From a virus (lineage: Duplodnaviria > Heunggongvirae > Uroviricota > Caudoviricetes), in IMG/VR virus record IMGVR_UViG_2547132488_000018, positions 1 through 10,628 of that record: a stretch of DNA of 10,628 bases; one strand, 5' to 3'. Numbering within the stretch: the stretch's first letter is position 1; every line of letters starts with the position of its first letter. Below are positions 7,014 through 10,628 of this stretch, one piece after another. Position numbers and translations under genes: made by a program. Below the pieces are notes generated by a model. That model searched no databases. It saw nothing but the letters and a program-made list of their open reading frames with translations, and was not told the origin of the DNA.

Positions 7014-7021
7014 TTTTATAC

Positions 7022-7297
7022 CTACAATAGCATTTCGAAACTCTCATCCGGCGTTTGGTTAGTTTTCGATCTTTCATGTAGTGTCCGGAATTGAGCTTCG
7101 GTCAAGGGCCCATCATCTTGCTCATAAGCCGGGATGTATTTTTCCACTAAGTTTACGAGTGCAAAATGCATGAGGTCTGTTTTACTCATACCAGTAGCTT
7201 TCATTAGTTTTTCAAAGGATTCAGAACTGATACCGTTGATACCATCTTCTTCTTTGAATCTAAGGAGGAAGCTGTCAGGCTTTTTCATGCGTGACAT
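7022..7297 (-). CDS. Putative antitoxin / small DNA-binding protein (possible ribbon-helix-helix)
   Basis: 91-aa ORF 8 nt upstream of the MazF-like gene; AAGGAG Shine-Dalgarno on the minus strand; predicted strand-helix-helix pattern and an acidic C-terminal tail. The fold is inferred, not demonstrated. Confidence 0.45.
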   Translation of the reverse strand: MSRMKKPDSFLLRFKEEDGINGISSESFEKLMKATGMSKTDLMHFALVNLVEKYIPAYEQDDGPLTEAQFRTLHERSKTNQTPDESFEMLL

Positions 7298-7650
7298 AAG
7301 GACTCCTTAATGTTTAATTTCCGAACTGTATCTAAATCAAAAAGATAGTTATGCGTGTTTTGACCTACTTTAGACAGTGCTTTCACTTCAAGCATTTTGG
7401 ATCTTATGAGCTTATACATAATCGCAAGTTTGAAGACTATTAAGCGTGTAATTAACAAAATTAGCATAATCAATGGGATGCTAATTTTGAATTTTTCATT
7501 TTTTACTGAAACAGTTTGGGGAAGATTTTGCCCCCCCCGAACTCGAAGGAAGTCAAAGAAATGGCCATGTTTTTCAACTATATCTATTAAAAGTTGTTCA
7601 ATTCTTTCGGTGAGCATTAACATATGCTTAACATCTGTGCTTAAGGTCAT
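7285..7650 (-). CDS. Hypothetical small protein with hydrophobic segment; first gene of the island operon
   Basis: 121-aa ORF with an AAGGA Shine-Dalgarno; overlaps the next gene by 13 nt; hydrophobic stretch IPLIMLILLITRLIVFKLAIM; contains a G8 tract on the coding strand (complement of 7531-7538). Confidence 0.4.
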   Translation of the reverse strand: MTLSTDVKHMLMLTERIEQLLIDIVEKHGHFFDFLRVRGGQNLPQTVSVKNEKFKISIPLIMLILLITRLIVFKLAIMYKLIRSKMLEVKALSKVGQNTHNYLFDLDTVRKLNIKESLCHA

Positions 7651-7683
7651 AATGAATCCTTGTCGATAGAGATTTTCCCAATA

Positions 7684-7712
7684 AAGATATCAAAATGATA
7701 TCTTCTTTTCAA
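7684..7712 (-). promoter_or_regulatory. Candidate sigma70 promoter with overlapping palindromic operator for the island operon
   Basis: On the minus strand: -35 TTGAAA (complement of 7707-7712), 17-bp spacer, -10 TATCTT (complement of 7684-7689). Palindrome AGATATC-AAAAT-GATATCT (7685-7703) overlaps the spacer and -10. Confidence 0.35.
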
Positions 7713-7976
7713 GGTGGTTTTACTTTGGGAGCGAATGCAACAACTTCTTGCTATGTGTTGAGATCAATTGATACTAGGTGTCGAAAATCTTGGTATGAGG
7801 CTGTATGTTCTTTAGTTGTATATCATTGTTCAGGACTACAGCGTTAAGAAGTACACGAAAGACAAGCAAGCTGTGCGCTGCGGTCATGCTGTGCCGTCGC
7901 CGTTCGTTGGGTGTTGGTGAGGGCTAATTTGGCGGAGCTATACCAGTCGAAACGAATAGCAGCCTGACCTATAATT

Positions 7977-8002
7977 CCCTCGATAATCCGAGGGTATTTT
8001 TT
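7977..8002 (+). terminator. Hairpin plus T-run immediately upstream of the ATG at 8003; also sequesters its Shine-Dalgarno
   Basis: CCCTCG (7977-7982), loop ATAATC, CGAGGG (7989-7994), then TATTTTTT. A TATAAT hexamer sits at 7970-7975 and the GAGGG Shine-Dalgarno for the 8003 gene lies in the 3' arm. Confidence 0.4.
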
Positions 8003-8248
8003 ATGTTTGATTTCAACATCGCAGCAAAATTAAAAGAAGAGCAGGACAAGGTTAGCGTTGATCTTGCAGCGTCCGGCGTTGCGTACAAGGAGAGCCTTAA
8101 TCAGCCAGTAGTTGCCGAACACGTAGCAAGAGAGCTGCCGGAACATCTGCGCGAATACTTCATGGACCGCGTTCGCCTTAGCCTGACACTGCCAAAAGCA
8201 TCCGATCCGTGTTATCTGGATATGGCAGTGCAGAACGAGAAAAAATAA
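8003..8248 (+). CDS. Hypothetical phage protein (81 aa)
   Basis: ORF with GAGGG Shine-Dalgarno 8 nt upstream; its stop overlaps the next ATG (TAATG at 8246-8250). Confidence 0.55.
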   Translation: MFDFNIAAKLKEEQDKVSVDLAASGVAYKESLNQPVVAEHVARELPEHLREYFMDRVRLSLTLPKASDPCYLDMAVQNEKK

Positions 8249-8502
8249 TGGGCTGCCTGATTGTAAGCGGTATCAACTTTTACATCTTGGCCGAAGGCGA
8301 GGCATATCCAGACCCGAATTCTGATGATACGTATTTCGGTGCTTATGCTGTGTTCCCGTCAGAAGGTAAATGAGTAGCACAAAAATACTTCTGGACTGGT
8401 AACTGGCACGACATAACTGACCAGATATTTAACACCGAAAACGAGGCGTTTAACTTCACTTACGAATACGCATTTGCGCCGGAAAATTGCCACAAATTTT
8501 AA
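8248..8502 (+). pseudogene. Small ORF interrupted by an in-frame TGA at 8371-8373 (nonsense pseudogene or readthrough candidate)
   Basis: ATG at 8248 reads 41 codons to TGA (8371-8373); the same frame then continues open for 42 more codons to TAA at 8500-8502, directly followed by a strong terminator. Confidence 0.4.
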
Positions 8503-8527
8503 CCCGCTTTGGCGGGTTTTGTTTTTT
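8503..8527 (+). terminator. Rho-independent terminator
   Basis: CCCGC (8503-8507), loop TTTG, GCGGG (8512-8516), followed by TTTTGTTTTTT (8517-8527). Confidence 0.65.
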
Positions 8528-8599
8528 CCTGGCATTCTGGTTTACAATCCTCACGCTAGCCTGAACAACTGGCACCTGCTGCGCCAGCAGAGACAACCG

Positions 8600-8878
8600 A
8601 TGGCGCACGATACCAAATTGCACAATTCTAATGATTCTGCCGTCCTTGCCAGCAGGCACGGGCGGTGTTCTCACGCATTCAAATATGACTGGTATCAGCA
8701 TGACCCCTGCACTGAAGAACAGGCCGAATGGCTGATTCAGAACTACCGCAGACGTGGGTATGAGTTTAAGAAAGCCCTTAGTCTCGACTACCGTCACTGG
8801 ATAATCTCAGTCAGATTGCCTTACTCCGAATGCCCACCGCGTCCGTCCCGTACATTCCAGCAACGCACCTGGAGGTAA
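8600..8878 (+). CDS. Hypothetical protein (92 aa)
   Basis: ORF 8474-8878 trimmed to the first ATG after the terminator (8600, MAHDTKL...); weak Shine-Dalgarno; a possible promoter TTGTTT-17 bp-TACAAT lies at 8519-8547; its stop abuts the next gene's start. Confidence 0.4.
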   Translation: MAHDTKLHNSNDSAVLASRHGRCSHAFKYDWYQHDPCTEEQAEWLIQNYRRRGYEFKKALSLDYRHWIISVRLPYSECPPRPSRTFQQRTWR

Positions 8879-8879
8879 C

Positions 8880-9935
8880 GTGCGGGTATTACTTCGACCT
8901 GTTCTGGTACCGGAACTCGGGCTGGTGGTCGTTAAGCCGGGCCGTGAATCCATGCCGGTATTCCACAATACCCGGGTACTGGTGGAGCCGGAACCGAAAA
9001 GCATGCGTAATCTGCCGTCCGGGGTCGTTCCTGCCGTTCGCCAGCCGCTGGTGGAAGACAAAACATTGCTGCCGTTCTTCAGTAACGCACGGGTAATTCG
9101 TGCTGCTGGTGGTGCTGGTGCATTGTCTGACTGGCTGTTGCGCCATATTAAATCCTGCCAGTGGCCACACGGCGATTATCATCACAGCGAAACCGTTATT
9201 CACCGTTATGGTACCGGCGCAATGGTGTTGTGCTGGCACTGCGACAACCAGCTGCGTGACCAGACATCCGAATCACTCGAGCAACTTGCTCATCAAAACC
9301 TGTCAGCATGGATGATTGACGTCATACGCCATGCAATGAATGGCACGCAGGAGCGGGAATTATCGCTGGCTGAATTATCCTGGTGGGCGGTCTGCAATCA
9401 GGTGGCGGACGCGCTACCAGAGGCAGCATTACGTCGTTCTCTGGGGTTACGTGCGGAAAAAATTCGCTCAGTATACCGCGAGAGCGACATCGTACCGGGA
9501 GAGCAGACCGCCACCAGCATACTGAAGCAGCGCACAAAAAATCTTGCGCCGGTGCCTCACGCCCACCAGCAAAACCCGCCACAGGAAAAGACGGTGGTCA
9601 GCATTGCCGTTGATCCGGAGTCACCGGCTCAGTATCTCCAGCGCCAGAAATCACAACGAGAAGAGATGCCTGTATACACGCGCTGGGTAAAAACGCAGAA
9701 ATGCATGACGTGCGGTAATCAGGCAGATGATCCGCATCACATCATTGGTCATGGACTGGGAGGGATGGGAACAAAGGCTGATGATTTGTTTGTTATTCCG
9801 CTGTGCCGTAAATGTCATAACGAACTGCACGCCGGGGTAAAAGATTTTGAAGAAAAACACGGCAGCCAGCTGTTGTTGCTGATTCGTTTTTTAATGCACG
9901 CGAGAAATTCGGGTGTCCTGAAGTGGAAAGCATGA
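8880..9935 (+). CDS. DUF968-like phage protein (YdfU-like) with C-terminal Cys/His HNH-like motif
   Basis: 351-aa ORF; GTG start with GGAGG at 8871-8875; C-terminal CMTCGN...HHIIGHGLGG...CRKCHNELH; sits immediately upstream of rusA, as ydfU-family genes do in E. coli cryptic prophages. Confidence 0.55.
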   Translation: MRVLLRPVLVPELGLVVVKPGRESMPVFHNTRVLVEPEPKSMRNLPSGVVPAVRQPLVEDKTLLPFFSNARVIRAAGGAGALSDWLLRHIKSCQWPHGDYHHSETVIHRYGTGAMVLCWHCDNQLRDQTSESLEQLAHQNLSAWMIDVIRHAMNGTQERELSLAELSWWAVCNQVADALPEAALRRSLGLRAEKIRSVYRESDIVPGEQTATSILKQRTKNLAPVPHAHQQNPPQEKTVVSIAVDPESPAQYLQRQKSQREEMPVYTRWVKTQKCMTCGNQADDPHHIIGHGLGGMGTKADDLFVIPLCRKCHNELHAGVKDFEEKHGSQLLLLIRFLMHARNSGVLKWKA

Positions 9936-10301
9936 ATGACTGAACGGATAGAATTTGTTTTGCCTTACCCGCCGACGGTGAATACCTACTGGCGACGTCA
10001 TGGCAATACGTATTTCATCTCGGAGGCCGGAAAGCGTTATCGCCGTGATGTGGCGCTAATTGTTCGCCAGCAGCGGCTGAAATTAAACCTGTCCGGAAGG
10101 CTGGCGATAAAGATTATTGCAGAGCCACCGGATAAGCGCCGTCGTGACCTGGACAATATTCTGAAAGCACCACTGGATGCGCTGACGCATGCCGGACTTC
10201 TCATAGACGACGAGCAGTTTGATGAAATCAATATTGTGCGCGGTCAGCGCGTTCCTGGGGGGCGGCTGGGCGTGAAGATTTACAAAATTGAGAGTGAGTG
10301 A
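9936..10301 (+). CDS. rusA: Crossover junction endodeoxyribonuclease RusA (Holliday junction resolvase)
   Basis: 121-aa ORF with RusA hallmarks (LPYPPTVNTYWRRHG..., RRRDLDNILKAPLDALTHAG..., DDEQF); start directly follows the upstream stop. Confidence 0.85.
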   Translation: MTERIEFVLPYPPTVNTYWRRHGNTYFISEAGKRYRRDVALIVRQQRLKLNLSGRLAIKIIAEPPDKRRRDLDNILKAPLDALTHAGLLIDDEQFDEINIVRGQRVPGGRLGVKIYKIESE

Positions 10302-10309
10302 TCGTAAAT

Positions 10310-10628
10310 ATGATATACCCGGAAATTACAGGCAAAAGCGGCGAGCATTTACGTCTAAAAACGCTGGAAGCCGTCTGGATCCAGGGGAAATTACGGATGT
10401 GGGGGCGTTGGTCGTATATAGGTGGTGGCAAAACAGGAAATATGTTCAATCAGTTGCTGGCATCCAAAAAACTGACAAAAACCGCGATCAATGAAGCCCT
10501 GCGTAGACTCAGGGAGTCAGGGATTGATAAACCAGAGCTGGAAGCATTCTTGCGAGAGATGATCGCTGGCAGACAGAAGAGCTGGTTGTCTCACTGTACT
10601 GATGCAGAGGCGTTACGCATTGATGGGG
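10310..10628 (+). CDS. Putative late-gene antiterminator Q, N-terminal part (truncated by window end)
   Basis: ATG at 10310 is open to the window end (MIYPEITGKSGEHLRLKTLEAVWIQGKLRMWGRWSYIGGGK...); position right after rusA is where Q sits in lambdoid phages; loose WG-W and LL-SK resemblance to recalled QuuD-type Q proteins. Confidence 0.4.
   Translation, partial: MIYPEITGKSGEHLRLKTLEAVWIQGKLRMWGRWSYIGGGKTGNMFNQLLASKKLTKTAINEALRRLRESGIDKPELEAFLREMIAGRQKSWLSHCTDAEALRIDG

Noticed and set aside
7397-7669. 90-aa plus-strand ORF antisense to the first island gene
   Set aside because: No ribosome-binding site, low-complexity translation, and it lies antisense to an operon with coherent signals.
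8474-8599. Upstream extension of the 8600 gene to the ORF-track start at 8474
   Set aside because: The codon at 8474 is TTG, and the extension would run through the Rho-independent terminator at 8503-8527 and the end of the preceding gene.
8456-9860. Minus-strand ORFs 8456-8797, 8807-9061, 8889-9239, 9322-9582, 9651-9860 and plus-strand ORFs 8830-9096, 9100-9315, 9340-9525, 9383-9613
   Set aside because: Embedded in or antisense to the DUF968-like gene and its upstream neighbour; Arg/Pro/Gly-rich translations typical of off-frame reads through GC-rich coding DNA.
10037-10494. ORFs 10037-10231 (-), 10228-10449 (-) and 10288-10494 (+) around rusA and the Q-like gene
   Set aside because: The minus-strand ORFs are antisense to rusA and the Q-like gene; 10288-10494 is out of frame with the better-supported ATG at 10310 and overlaps the rusA stop.

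Overview
This window reads as the early region of an enterobacterial lambdoid prophage, closely resembling the CP-933P / Rac-type architecture, with a low-GC three-gene island inserted on the opposite strand. All calls are from reading the sequence and ORF track by eye; no database search was run. Left to right: a leftward three-gene operon (HTH repressor, 63-aa antitoxin, ParE-family toxin) matching the paaR2-paaA2-parE2 layout; a divergent operator region; rightward Cro-like (YdaS-like) and CII-analog (YdaT-like) genes; an O-like replication initiator with five 23-bp-spaced iterons and an AT-rich tract inside its coding sequence; a run of small tightly coupled nin-like genes (including a DUF4406-like protein and an HNH endonuclease); the low-GC minus-strand island at about 6612-7712; then a DUF968/YdfU-like gene, rusA, and the 5' part of a probable Q antiterminator. 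The island is the best candidate for an undescribed system: it encodes a PemK/MazF-like protein, a small putative antitoxin and a small membrane protein, has its own promoter-palindrome, and carries G7 and G8 coding-strand homopolymers. No rRNA, tRNA, CRISPR array, integrase or transposase was seen.
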